From Octopus sinensis (taxonomy: Eukaryota): DNA of 64,000 nucleotides. The notes under the pieces were generated by a model. That model was not told where the DNA came from, did no database searches, and saw only the letters and a program-made list of their open reading frames with translations. This document shows, one piece after another, positions 13,432-25,133 of this stretch (the stretch's first letter is position 1; the number at the start of each line of letters is the position of its first letter). The stretch covers positions 44,640,001 to 44,704,000 of the forward strand of contig NC_043004.1 of the NCBI RefSeq assembly GCF_006345805.1, read 5' to 3'. The position numbers and the translations under genes are program-made.

Positions 13432-14294
13432 TATATATATATAGTTCTAAAATCTGGTGCAATCTAATTTTTATTTTACCACAACGCCCACAACTTAACA
13501 AATGTAAATTCAGTATTACTCTTCAATATCTTCAATTTTGGTGGGGATCTATTGCTAAATTATCGAATGCGCCCCTCCTCTTTTTAAAACATAAGGAATG
13601 ATTTGAGGATTATTTGGCTGTTGTTTTTATTGTATTAAAAGACAAAGGCCGAAGATCTTTCTCGTTATCCCCTGGTTTTCTCATTGGTTTAATGAAAACC
13701 AGTTATCTACCTCACACCATTTTTCCTTCCTGTCAACTAATATCTGACCTATGTGCCAATAGAGGAGCAATCACTATCATTGTGCACACATCTTCCTTTC
13801 ATATTAATCAAATTACTTCCCGTATACGTGCTCCGTAACAAGCTACATCTAGAGCATAATCTTTATTGAATATTCATAAATGGATGCACACTACACATAC
13901 ACATGGACACGCAATAATAATCACAGATATATGCAGGTACACTTAACACGCACTACCACAAACACACACAAACATCACAAACACTATTCATTTATTTCAT
14001 TTACAACATGCATCGCATATATATGCATCAACCAGTTCATAGTAATAAAGAGATAATTGCATACATAATTATTACATTGCTCATTACAATTAAGACTAGT
14101 CATCGAAGAATGGCAGCTAATCTTACTTTTCATGCGTCATTTCGTAACTAGCATTCAAGGGTCAGGTTCGATTTCCAATAGAAGTTATATCATCTCGTCC
14201 GTTTTTCTTTACTGTCTTCGTTGATAACACAGAAAATTAATAAATATACAATTCGCATAAGATGAGCTTTTCTGGAGTGTTGTATGTAGGTTAA

Positions 14295-14974
14295 AACTGG
14301 TTTCAAATTTTGACACAGGACCAGAAATTTTGCGGGGGAGGCAGGTCGATTACATCAAACGTACTTCTCAACTGGTACCTTTTTTAACGACCCTGAAAGG
14401 ATGAAAAGCAAAATTTTCCATAGCGAAATTTAGACTCAAAATGTGAAGACGAACGCTATGCCGATTAAGCATTTTGCCAGGCTGGCTAAGGATTCTGCCA
14501 GCTTGCTGCCTTCAGATGTGGTCTACTGGTCATTCCTACAAAAGGCACAAGGCCTGAAATTTTGTGGGAGGGGGCTAGTCGATTACATTGACCCCCAGAA
14601 TTTCATTGATACTTAATTTATCACCTTGAAAGGATGAGAGGCAAAGTCGACCTGGGCTGAATTTGAAATCAGCACGGGAAGACGGACAAAATGCCGCGAA
14701 GCATTTTGCTCGACGTGCTAACAATTCTTCCAGCTCACCACTTTCAGATGTGGTTTAATAAATATTTAAATGTTTTACCACAAGGGCAGCTTTGGGGAAG
14801 GGATGAAGTCGATTAAATCGACCCTAGTGCGAAACAGGTACTTATTTAATCAACCTAGAAATGATGAAAGGCAAAGTCGACCTCGACGGTATTTGAACTC
14901 CAGACGTATGGATGAGCGAAATACCACAAAGTATTTCGCCCGGCGCGCTAACGATTTTGCCAGCTCGCTGCCTT
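14295..14974 (-). mobile_element. Three head-to-tail SINE family B copies
   Basis: Units at about 14295-14512, 14523-14744 and 14765-14974, each followed by cagatg(t)g. Confidence 0.88.
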
Positions 14975-15095
14975 CAGATGGCTTCTAATAGTGACGATTA
15001 TCGTTACCCATACTTTCAGCTTGCGTGTGAAAGGCGTTTATTTTGGGTTTTTTTCCTTGTATGTTCTTTAGACTGTTTTAGCCATCACAACTATG

Positions 15096-16570
15096 GTATA
15101 TGATTTTACTACTTGTAGCAAGCGAGTTTTGCCCATGTTGGGCACAACTACCAATGTATGCGTATGTGTATGGATGCATGTATAGATCAGGCACATACAT
15201 ACACACTCATTTTGCTGATACATATCAACGAATAGAGTTTAAAAAAAAACGGGTCTTTCCGAATTGAGTCCCTTAAGTTATTGCTTGTCACTTTCAGGAC
15301 ACAAAAATATAACGGATGATAAGGACTGAATAATGTGTCATCACCTCCTGATGGCTGTTTTAGACCTATTGAATACAGCCGTCATCACGTTTGAAAACAG
15401 TTTGCTTCTTCAAGAAAGAGAGAAAGAGAGAAAGAAAGAGAGAAAGAAAAGAATGGACAACAATACAAGAATTTTATTTGCCTACCTAGAACTGATGAAA
15501 GGCAGAGCTGACAGCAGTAGTATCAGTGCGAAGAGAGCCGGAATGAATACAGCGAAGTAACATAACGAACAATTTAACACCCCGGCCAGTTTTCTATCTT
15601 AACCACTAACACTGTAGCTTGTAAATTTCATGCAGTCTTAACACAGATTATATAAACTCCAGCTGGCTGTATTTTTTTTTTCTGCCAAGTAGTTTACGAT
15701 AAATGTTGAAATACCCACAACAATTCCTGGAGATTCCAAAATCAAATGAAGCCGAACAATACAAATATTCATCCTAGAGGCGATGTAAGTTAAGTTATAA
15801 TTAGCTTTGGTTGTACATACTTTAAAACTGAAAAAATACACAAAAGATTTACCACCTCCTTGTTCTGCAATAATAATGGCAAGACTATTCATGTATGATG
15901 AATTCCTAAAGCAGTAGGGCAGTGGTTTACGAACCGCCTAAATGTTTTTCAGCATATAGTTATGTTGTTCTATAGTTTCAGTTCTAATCCGGCTATGGTA
16001 TACTTTGATATTCGTCATTTCCGAATAGATTATTTAAGTATCATTGGTGTAGACATAGCAGTACGGTTAAGATTTTCATTTCCCAAACAGTTATTTCCGG
16101 TTTCAATTCCATTGTGCATTAGCCTAGAACTGATCAATATTTTGTGTGGAGAATTGTATAGATAGTAACTGTGAGGAAACCGATCGTATATGATTTTACT
16201 ACTAGTAGCAAGCGAGTTTGACCATGTTGGGGCACAACTACCAGTGTATGCGCATGTGCATGAATGCATGTATGGATCAGGCACACACGTACACACTCAT
16301 TCTGTTGATACATATCAACGGATAAAGTAAAAAAGAAAGTTACTGCCTGTCACTTTCAGCTTCAGGAGTGAAGTGAACTAGTGATTGGTCTGTTGGAAAC
16401 GTGTAAGAGACGATGTTATACGTCACTAATTTGAATACAAAATAAACCTAATCATTGGATTCTATTTGATCAGATGTCCCACTCCTTCAAAAATGTTAAT
16501 ATTAAGGTCTACCAAGGTTGTACATACTTTAAAATTGAAAAAATACACAAAAGATTTACCACCTCCTTGT
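15096..16570. repeat. Old local duplication of non-TE-looking sequence (two block pairs)
   Basis: 15096-15297 resembles 16186-16359 (offset 1090). 15809-15863 resembles 16516-16570 (55 bp, 1 mismatch, offset 707). Confidence 0.85.
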
Positions 16571-16939
16571 GCGTTTGTACTGGTTTTAGCTTTAAGGTTT
16601 TAGGGTTAGGTTTGGGGTTTTAGGGTTAGGGTTAGGGTTTTAAAGTTAGGGTTAGGGATATCATAAATAACGGTGACAAACGAAAAATACACCGCCGGAA
16701 GTTCTTGCTGACAAACAACGGCAGTAATTTTATTCAGCTGAATAGACGTCACTGACTGGTTGAAATTACCGAAATAGGACAACTTGAACGTGAAATAACT
16801 TCGTAAATATTAGTTTTTTCTCAAAAATGGTAAGAGTAAAAGATATTTTATATGACACATTCTTTCAGTGTCCGAAGTTTGAAGGTGTTTAATTACAAAA
16901 AATAATTTTTTAAATCTTTAGGTCAAAAGGTAGAGATCC
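16571..16939 (+). mobile_element. Partial non-autonomous TIR element with internal (TTAGGG)n-like tract; relative of 28870-29296
   Basis: TTAGGG units at about 16590-16657. Shares aatagacgtca..ggttgaaatt and ttttctca..aagag.aaaag..ttt..ata..acacattct with 29101-29230. Ends in gatcc. Confidence 0.7.
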
Positions 16940-17560
16940 TTCCGCTGAAGTCGACTTTGCTTTTCGGAGTCGATAAAATAAGTACTAGTCGTGCACTGGG
17001 GTCGATATAATCGTCTAGAACCCTCCCTGCAATATTACTAGACTTGCGCTTAAGTCAGAAATCCTTATTATGGCTCAAATAAGCAGCATACTGAAAGAAT
17101 TTTCAGAACGTCGTATTTGCTCCGACTCTTTAAGTTCTGAGCTCAAATTTCACCGAGGAGAATTTTAACTTTTATCCATTCATTATCGGTAAAATGAAAA
17201 AGAAAAGCATTCAAGTACTGAGATCGATGCCGTCGATAGACCCTCCTCGTAAAATTACCGACGTTGTGCCTAAATCAAATACTATATTATTTCATTCTAG
17301 CATTCTTAGTTCAAATTCCACCAGGATCATTTTTATTCAGTCACTGAGCTGACATAACAGTTAGCTCACCGAGCACAATGCTTAGCGACATTTCGTCCGT
17401 ATTTTACGTTCACATCTCGAGTTCCGTCGCGGTTTTCTTTGTCTTTAATCCTTTCGCAATTGGTAAAATTATACCAGTCAACTACTTGGGTTCGGTGTGA
17501 CTGACTTTTTCTTCCCCTCGAAATCTTCTGCGCCTGTGCCAAAATTTGAAACCATTATTA
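16940..17560 (+). mobile_element. Cluster of degraded SINE family B fragments
   Basis: gtcgactttgc..ggagtcgataaaataagtac, ctcaaatttcaccgagg, tgccaaaatttgaaacc. Confidence 0.7.
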
Positions 17561-17849
17561 TTTATTCTAGCTACAATGTCTTCCTACACGACCTTGAACC
17601 GCAATATTTTCTAACCCACTCTAAACAATTGCAGATTGTGATTAGCAGAGAAAAACATACTTCTAAGTGTATTAAATGAAATTTAAATATTAAATTCAAA
17701 TTTCATGTGGAGTAATTTGAAATTAAACATAGAATACGTATAATTTTCACTAAACATAATACTTACGCAATATTTAAAATTATATTATATTTTATTTGGT
17801 TATTCTTCTATCTTATTATTTATTTTAAATTTTTTATTTCAAAGCTGGA

Positions 17850-18060
17850 TCATTTTCTATCTGTCACTTGCTGCCGACCTGCTAACTTACAGAGACGTAA
17901 ACAAACCAACATGGTTGTCAAGCGATGGTGAGAATAAGCACAAACACAATCACACACATGCGCGCGCACAAAGGGTTTCTTTCACCGTCTACCAAATCTT
18001 CACTCAAGATATTAGACGGCCCGGGGCCTTTGTAGAAGACATGCTCTTTACCACGCAGTA
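17850..18060 (-). mobile_element. Degraded internal fragment of SINE family A
   Basis: gacgtaaacaaaccaacatggttgtcaagc; cgtctaccaaatc; gtagaagaca. Confidence 0.7.
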
Positions 18061-18601
18061 TATATATTTTTAAGAAAACGAACTTACACGATATTTAAAA
18101 CCATCTTTCTTTTATTTTATTTCATTTTCTTAATGTTCAAGAACATGTTTATAAATAGCTTTCTTTGAATTCTCTGGGAAATTTGAGGCATTCAAGAATT
18201 TAAATTATTCTCTCATATCTAAGTGCAAACAGTATAGTGACGTGTTACATTGAGGCTTAGCTGAAAAGCATACTAAAGTGAAATAAATACACGAAGTATA
18301 TGATAAATAAATTAATCAATTAATATATAAATATATTCAAGTTTCTTTCTAATGCAATTTATTTTCGGAATTGTACTGACTTGCTCTGAGATCGAGTTTA
18401 AAACCGAAACAATTACGTCGTTGACGACTAGTGATAGCTATTTAAAACACACACACACACACACACATGCATACATACATATATGTGCCGACATATTCAT
18501 TTTATTTTATATGTTTTAGTATTGTATATTGTAAAATGGCAAAGCGTTTTGTGGTACATCTGTGACCTGGTCATTGACACAAGTCCACAGCCACTTATAT
18601 A

Positions 18602-19800
18602 TTGGGTGAGCAACTAAGTTCCCACCGTTTTTTTTAAATTTGAGTTTTTTAAAGGTTTAATAAAAAAACAACAACTAATTCATCAATAATGTATTCACCC
18701 TTGTTGTTTACAACTTCTTCCCAACGTTCAATAACATTTTCAATACCTCGTTGGTAGAAATCACCCGATTTCGACTCCAAAAATTAATCCAACCAAGCTC
18801 TCAATTCTGAATCAGTATTAAACGAAACTCCGCGCATAACATTTGAAAGAGATCGAAAGAGGTGGAAATCAGTTGGTGCTAAATCAGCAGAGTATGGCGG
18901 GTGTGGCAGCACTTCCAAGCCATGCGTTTGAATGGCTTCCTTGGTCATATTGGCGTTGTCGTGCAGCAGAAGAACTCCATGCTGCCGATTAGGTCTTTTC
19001 TCTTGATTAACTGTGTTAAGTCGTTCCATCTGTGGAACATAGAGTTCTGCGTTGACCGTTTGGTTCCGTTCAAGTAATTCGTAATGGATAATCCTTTCCC
19101 AGTCCCACCATACGCACAACACCGTCTTACGCGGATAAAGATCTTGTTTCATGCGTGGTGTCGCTTGTTTACCGGGGCTAAGCCATTCCTTACGCTGCTT
19201 CATATTGATGTACAGGTACCATCTTTCGTCGCCAGTAATGATTCGGAAAGAAATCGTTGCTTGTGTCCATGAGCTGAGCGGTGACAAGTAAAGCAAACTG
19301 GCGGAGATTGTGGGTCGTTGATTTTTGTTGTTGTCACATAAAGCATGCGGAACTCATGCTCTATAATTCTGAACCTTTCCCATCGAGTGAACATGTTCCT
19401 TTATAGCAGTGTGGGAGCATTCCATTTTTTCTGCCAGTTCCCTTGTGGTTTGATGAGAAGTTTCGTGCAAAAGTTGGTTTAATCGGTCTTCATTGAACTC
19501 AACTAGGCGGCCAGAACGAGGTGCAACTTTGAGGTCAAAATTTCCATTTTTGAACTTGGCGTACCGATCACGAGCGGTTCTTTCAGCTATGGCACCCTCT
19601 CCATAGACAGCACAAATGTCGCGAGCAGCTTTTGCGGCCTTAGAACCTTGATGGAAAGCAAATGGAAGGAGGTGTTGAAAATGCTCGTTTTCCTTAACTC
19701 GACATTCCATTTTAATGAGCTGAAAATTTTAAAAAATTAACTAAAATTAACTAGAAAAAAAAAAGATTCCAAAATGATTCTAAAATAGAATTCTTGAAAA
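18602..19800 (-). mobile_element. Mariner (DD34D) element with frameshifted, nearly complete transposase; only the 3' TIR recognisable
   Basis: ATG at 19710 reads MECRVKENEHFQHLLPFAF...PRSGR (HTH region). A second frame has ITGDERW, VWWDW, HDNA and HPPYSADLAPTDFHLFRSL. TA at 18600-18601 precedes the TIR ttgggtgagcaactaagttcccaccg. Confidence 0.93.
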
Positions 19801-20655
19801 AAATAGATTCCAAAATATAAAACCGCAATAAATTCCAAAATACTGGTGTTGTGCTCCTCTCTAGGTCAGTGGGAATCGAGTAAACATCTTATGAAAGTTT
19901 CCTCAACCGTCACCAACTGAATGTGTGTATATCTGATAATATAGTGTCCGATGTGTTTTTCCTTATTCTTTTAGAAACGGTACATATTATATTGGAATTT
20001 GTCTTGTTATGGAAAGTAGATCGACTGCGCAGGTCTTCTTCGTTCCTTCGCAATCACAAATGTATTGGAGGAGGGGGAGAATATGAGGACGATGAGGTGG
20101 AGGAGGAGGAGAAAAATGAAGAAAGCTCATTAGCGAGTGATAAAAGTCAAATGCAAACTTTGCCAAGAATTGAACTCACTGTTAATATCATGCACTCTTT
20201 GTCGTTCTCTCGGACATGACCTGGATGACTCTGAACCAGCAAAGGCCCGAAACATATGTACCACTGAATCCTTGGCATCATGTTTTTATTTTGATTAATT
20301 TATATATATATATATATATATATGTAAAAAATAAATAACACTGAAGCAAAATAACACCAAATATATAGTGCGTGTGTTTTTATTGGCTAAACTGGCAATA
20401 TGACCATTCCGAAATATAACAATATCTGTTTCAACACACGACTTCACATAAAAAATCTTGCGCAACAAATATTTAAACACATATATATATATATATATTA
20501 AATTAGAGATAAAACCACTATTGGGCAAATCAAACAGTGGAAAACATAAACAAAAACATAGAAATAAAATTAAAAAATATAATATACAATATATATAAAA
20601 TATAAAATTCAGAATTTAAATTATTTAAATTTAAAGTTAAAAATTAAAAAATTTA

Positions 20656-20708
20656 TGAGGTTACGACCATGGGGTTTCGCCCCCGTGCTTTAGCGCGGAT
20701 AATTGAAG

Positions 20709-20749
<41 letters not shown>

Positions 20750-20881
20750 TGAATATATAAAATTTCAATTATCCGCGCTAAAGCACGGGGATATATATAT
20801 ATATATATATATCACTGAATATATAAAACTTCAATTATCCGCGCTAAAGCACGGGGGCGAAACCCCATGGTCGTAACCTCA
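20656..20881. repeat. Perfect 55-bp inverted repeat around (TA)n spacers with an internal partial duplication
   Basis: 20656-20710 is the exact reverse complement of 20827-20881. About 30 bp of the right arm is repeated near 20760-20790. Confidence 0.95.
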
Positions 20882-20971
20882 ACCGTGTCTTTTCTGGTGT
20901 GATTTTTGCTACACAGGTATCGGTTAAATTTTGAATAATCCGTAAGAAGATAATTCATTTATCCATTTCAT

Positions 20972-21046
<75 letters not shown>

Positions 21047-21140
21047 TATGAATAAATATTTTTTATTATTTTTATTTTTATTTTTATTTTTTCATTTTTA
21101 TTTTTGTATTTAATTATGTATTTATATATTTAATTTGTAT

Positions 21141-21195
<55 letters not shown>

Positions 21196-21524
21196 TATAC
21201 ATTTATATATATGTGTGTGTGTGTGTGTGTGTGAGTGTGTGTGTGTATGTATGTGTCTGCATGCGTGTTTGTGTGTGTATCTTTCTGATTATGTCTTTGT
21301 CAAGGCTGTGTAATATAAGTAAATCTCACACGCCCACCATAGTGCTTTATATTTCCTTTCTCCGTGTACTAAGAGGAATTCCTGCTGAGTGTAACTATGT
21401 TTAAAATCCCTCTGGCCGGCGCTGGTTTAGCACAATGATTAGAGCCTCAGACAAAATGCCTTGTGGTAGTTAATTATGTTACACTGAATTCCCGACGGCG
21501 TCAGTTTTTTTCTATCATTCTTAA

Positions 21525-21735
21525 GGCAACAAGCTGGTAGAATCGTTAGCGAGTTGAACAAAAAGCTTAGCGGCATTTTCTCCAGATCTTCACGTTCTGG
21601 GTTCAAATTCTGCCAAAGCTGACATTACATTTCAATGGTCGATAAAATATGTACCAGTTGAATATTGAGGTGGATGCAATTAATTTAGTCTCTTCCTTAA
21701 AATTGCCAGTCTTCTGACAAAATTTGAAACCATTC
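21525..21735 (+). mobile_element. SINE family B, old-tail subfamily
   Basis: aaggcaacaagctggtagaatcgttagc...ggttcaaattc...aaaatttgaaacc. Confidence 0.8.
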
Positions 21736-22978
21736 TTAGACGTCAATAAAATAAAGACCTGGATTTTATGGAATCGGATACACTTCGTTACGCAATGTTC
21801 ACTGGTTTCAATTTTTCTTTCACCTTCAGTGGGTAGCATGATTAAGTACCAGTTAGTACGGATAGATAACAATAGGTTACATTTCGAGTTCATATCTTGC
21901 CGACGTTAACTTTGTTTTCCTTTATCTTCAAGGAATCGGTAAAATAAAGTGCAAAGTTTAATGCGATCGGAATGATCTCACTATCAAAATGGGTGATGCA
22001 GTGTCTGTTAGTGTCACAAATCAATAATATTTAGCTGTGACATGGGTAAGTCACTTCCTGGAAGAGACATTGGAAAAGTATCTGAAACCAGTGGGTAGCA
22101 TCAAAATTTTTCATGGACGTTCAACATGCAGACTTTCTGTGGCTTTTGTCGCACTGGGACTGTCCTGCCAATGCGATTTTTATCGGGGTGTAGCTCCTCT
22201 AGAGCCATGTTGTTTTGTACCAGTGTTTCATCAGTTCAAATCTGCTATCGACCATAGCAGGTTAAAGCACCAACGGTAGCACCACGAGAAGGATAAGGCT
22301 CTTCACCATGGAGCACTGGCTTAGACTAGGAGCGGTTATTCCTAGATTCACTTCACTAGTCTAGTCTCTAATGGATCCCTAGAACCTAATGCATGAAGTG
22401 CCATCAAAACCTACATCAAGACTTGCATAGCTTAAAATAGAAGGCTCGGCACGGATGAGGTAAGATTTATGACAGCTGTTATGGACACAAACGTAGCCAA
22501 GAGGTTAGGAAGTTCAGTTCCCTATCATGAAGTCACGCGTTCGTTCACACTATGAAGCATTTTCGACCACTGTCTTAATATTACTATAACCCTTTCAGGA
22601 AAAATAATAGCCAGCAACTGAGTTATTCAATGGGCCACGCTTTGTCACAGTTGTTGTCACAATAATACTGCTAGAGGGTTACGCTAAGGGTACGGGTGTC
22701 TACGGAATACTCAACTGCTTATGTTAGCTTGAGAAGAACGTTCATCAGTTGATCGAACAAGTTAATCATCAACGTTAAAGTATCTATCAGTAACATCATC
22801 ATCATCATCATCATCATAATCAATGTTATCAACAACAACCAGTTTAATTACGGAGGCCTAAGCAACCATTGCCGAAAATTGAAATTCGTGATATGTCGCG
22901 CGAAACATTTATATATGAATGTGTGTATTTGTGTCTGAATATGTGTATATGTGTGTGCATGTATACACACACACATAC

Positions 22979-23033
<55 letters not shown>

Positions 23034-23253
23034 TGTGTGTGTGTGTACACATGAATGTATGTATGTATGTCTATGCATATGTATGTATGTTTATATATAT
23101 ATATGTATATATATATATGCATATATATATACACATATCAATATACACACATATGTATGTATATATATGTGTATGTGTATATATACATAAATGTATATAT
23201 ACATGCATATATATTTATGTATATATGTATATATATGTATATATGTATATATA

Positions 23254-23301
<48 letters not shown>

Positions 23302-23399
23302 ATATGTATATATATATAATATAGGAAAAAATTTTTCCCAAAAAATTTTATGAATGGCCAGCATATTAAAAAATACCTTTAAAGGTTAAATTTATAAAC

Positions 23400-23577
23400 A
23401 ACTTATAAATAAGGGCAAAAAAAATAATTTCTAATGCCAAATATGCCGAAACTAGACACATAAGCATGTTACTCGAGTAACGTGCTTATTGTGGTAAATT
23501 ATATGGTTATGAACAATGTGTCTAGTTTCGACATATTTGGCATTAGAAATTATTTCTTTTGCCCTTATTTATAAGTT
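23400..23577. repeat. 62-bp inverted repeat enclosing a 28-bp near-perfect palindrome
   Basis: Arms 23400-23461 and 23516-23577 have 2 mismatches. The palindrome taagcatgttactcgagtaacgtgctta lies at 23461-23488. Confidence 0.93.
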
Positions 23578-23603
23578 ATATATATATGTATATATATATA
23601 TAT

Positions 23604-23952
23604 TGTAGCACTCCGTCGGTTACAACGACAAGGGTTCCATTTGATCAGATCAACGGAACAGCCTGCTCGTGAAATTGACGTACAAGTGACTGAGCATTTC
23701 ACAGACACGTAGTTCTCGGGGAGATTCAGCGTGACACTGAGTGTGACGAGGGTGGCCCTTTGATAATACATGTACAACAGTAACAGGAAGAAAGTGTGAG
23801 AGAAAGTTGTGATGAAAGAGTACAGCAGGGTTCGCCAGCATCCCCTGCTGGAGACTCGTGGAACTTTAGGCGTTTTCGCTCAATAGACACAACGAAATCG
23901 CGATTCAACGACCGCGAAACCGCTGCCCTAAGCACTGGGCCATTGCGCCTCC
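23604..23952 (-). mobile_element. SINE with family-C-like head and body but a different 3' tail
   Basis: Head ggaggcgcaatggcccagtgcttagggcagcgg and body ctctttcatcacaactttctctc resemble 11675-11975. The tail (...ggaacccttgtcgttgtaaccgacggagtgctaca) is unrelated. Confidence 0.8.
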
Positions 23953-24007
23953 CCCCACACACACAAGCACATACCCACACAGACGCACACACACACACAC
24001 ACACACA

Positions 24008-24065
<58 letters not shown>

Positions 24066-24124
24066 ATATATTATATATATATATATGTATATATAGGTAT
24101 GTTTATATCGCAGAACTAGCTCAT

Positions 24125-24740
24125 GGATCCTCTGAACTTCCCGGTCAAGAGAGCAAGATGTCATCATTCTCCACCTCTCCTTTGTACGGCCACACCTAAA
24201 ATACTGCTTCCCCCTGTGATCTCCGCACATTAAACAAAACATTACGAGTAATGACTCACCTCAACGATCAGTTAGTGAAAACACTGAGGGCGTGGCTGAT
24301 CTTGGTTATTAGGACCATCTTGAAACACTGAGCTTTTATTTTCTCCAGCGCCGTTGTGAATGTTGCATCATTTGCACAATGGGGAGAGTATGCCACCAGC
24401 TTTACCCAAATGACCTCAGCATTGGATTTAGATTTCATCCCAGGCTGGGGCATTATTCACACAATTCAGACTCACAACACATCAATTCATTACAACAGAA
24501 TTTTTCTTCCTGAACAGTCCCTGGTCTATTTAACATCATCCCAATACAAATCAAAGAAGAAAAATATCCCATCATTTTCAAACGAAACTTCGATAAATTT
24601 CTTGAAGGGATACAAGGTAAGCTACCTATGCCTGAATACATCTCAGTCAACAAGAAATCTATTTGAATCGGCCATGATACCACAAAGCTTAGAAATGACT
24701 TATCAGCTGGTGCTATTAAGTTAAACATGGCCTGAACCAA
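24125..24740 (+). mobile_element. CR1-clade LINE 3' fragment (RT C-terminus and 3' end), degraded
   Basis: Shifting frames read LSFVRPHLKYCFPL*SPH, DLGY*DHLETLSFYFLQRR and FKRNFDKFLEGI, corresponding to the CR1 motifs LVRPHLEY..P.WSP, Y..RL..L.L.SL..RR and FK..LD.FL..IPD.P. Confidence 0.8.
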
Positions 24741-25086
24741 TCTTTGACCGATCCATACCTAAGTTATCTAAGTTATATACATAAATATACTTCGTTCTTG
24801 TATCTGGTTTGCAAGATACTTAGTGTGAATTCGTGGGATGAAGCAAATTATGTTGGTAGAAAATTTTCTACTGCAGAGGGAAGAATCCATAGGATTAATC
24901 CCGAAATTGATTCAATATAGAAATAACGAACTTTTTTAAAAAGAAATCTATTGGCTAGCTTTCGTCGATTTCAGCACAACGTATATTTATAGTGAATGTA
25001 TATTGAAAAGTGGAAATTGACAATTTAAAGTCTGTTATCAGCATATTGGCATAGAAATAATTTTTTCTTTTGCCCTTGTTTATAAG

Positions 25087-25133
<47 letters not shown>

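Noticed and set aside
15291-15420. Coding exon after the acceptor-like ctttcag
   Set aside because: All three frames reach a stop within 10 codons.
16590-16657. Telomere or healed chromosome end
   Set aside because: The tract is short, degenerate and internal to a repeat also seen at 28870-29296.
19923-20219. 98-aa ORF with acidic stretch
   Set aside because: The acidity comes from a GAG/GGA low-complexity tract; no domain similarity or splice context was recognised.
22189-22204. tgtagctcctctagag, recalling sequence near a schistosome RTE twister
   Set aside because: The resemblance is from memory only and none of the twister core flanks it; treated as coincidence.
23430-23461. gccgaaactagac in the palindrome arms as a hammerhead 3' half
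   Set aside because: No CUGANGA upstream, and the U needed at the cleavage site is missing.
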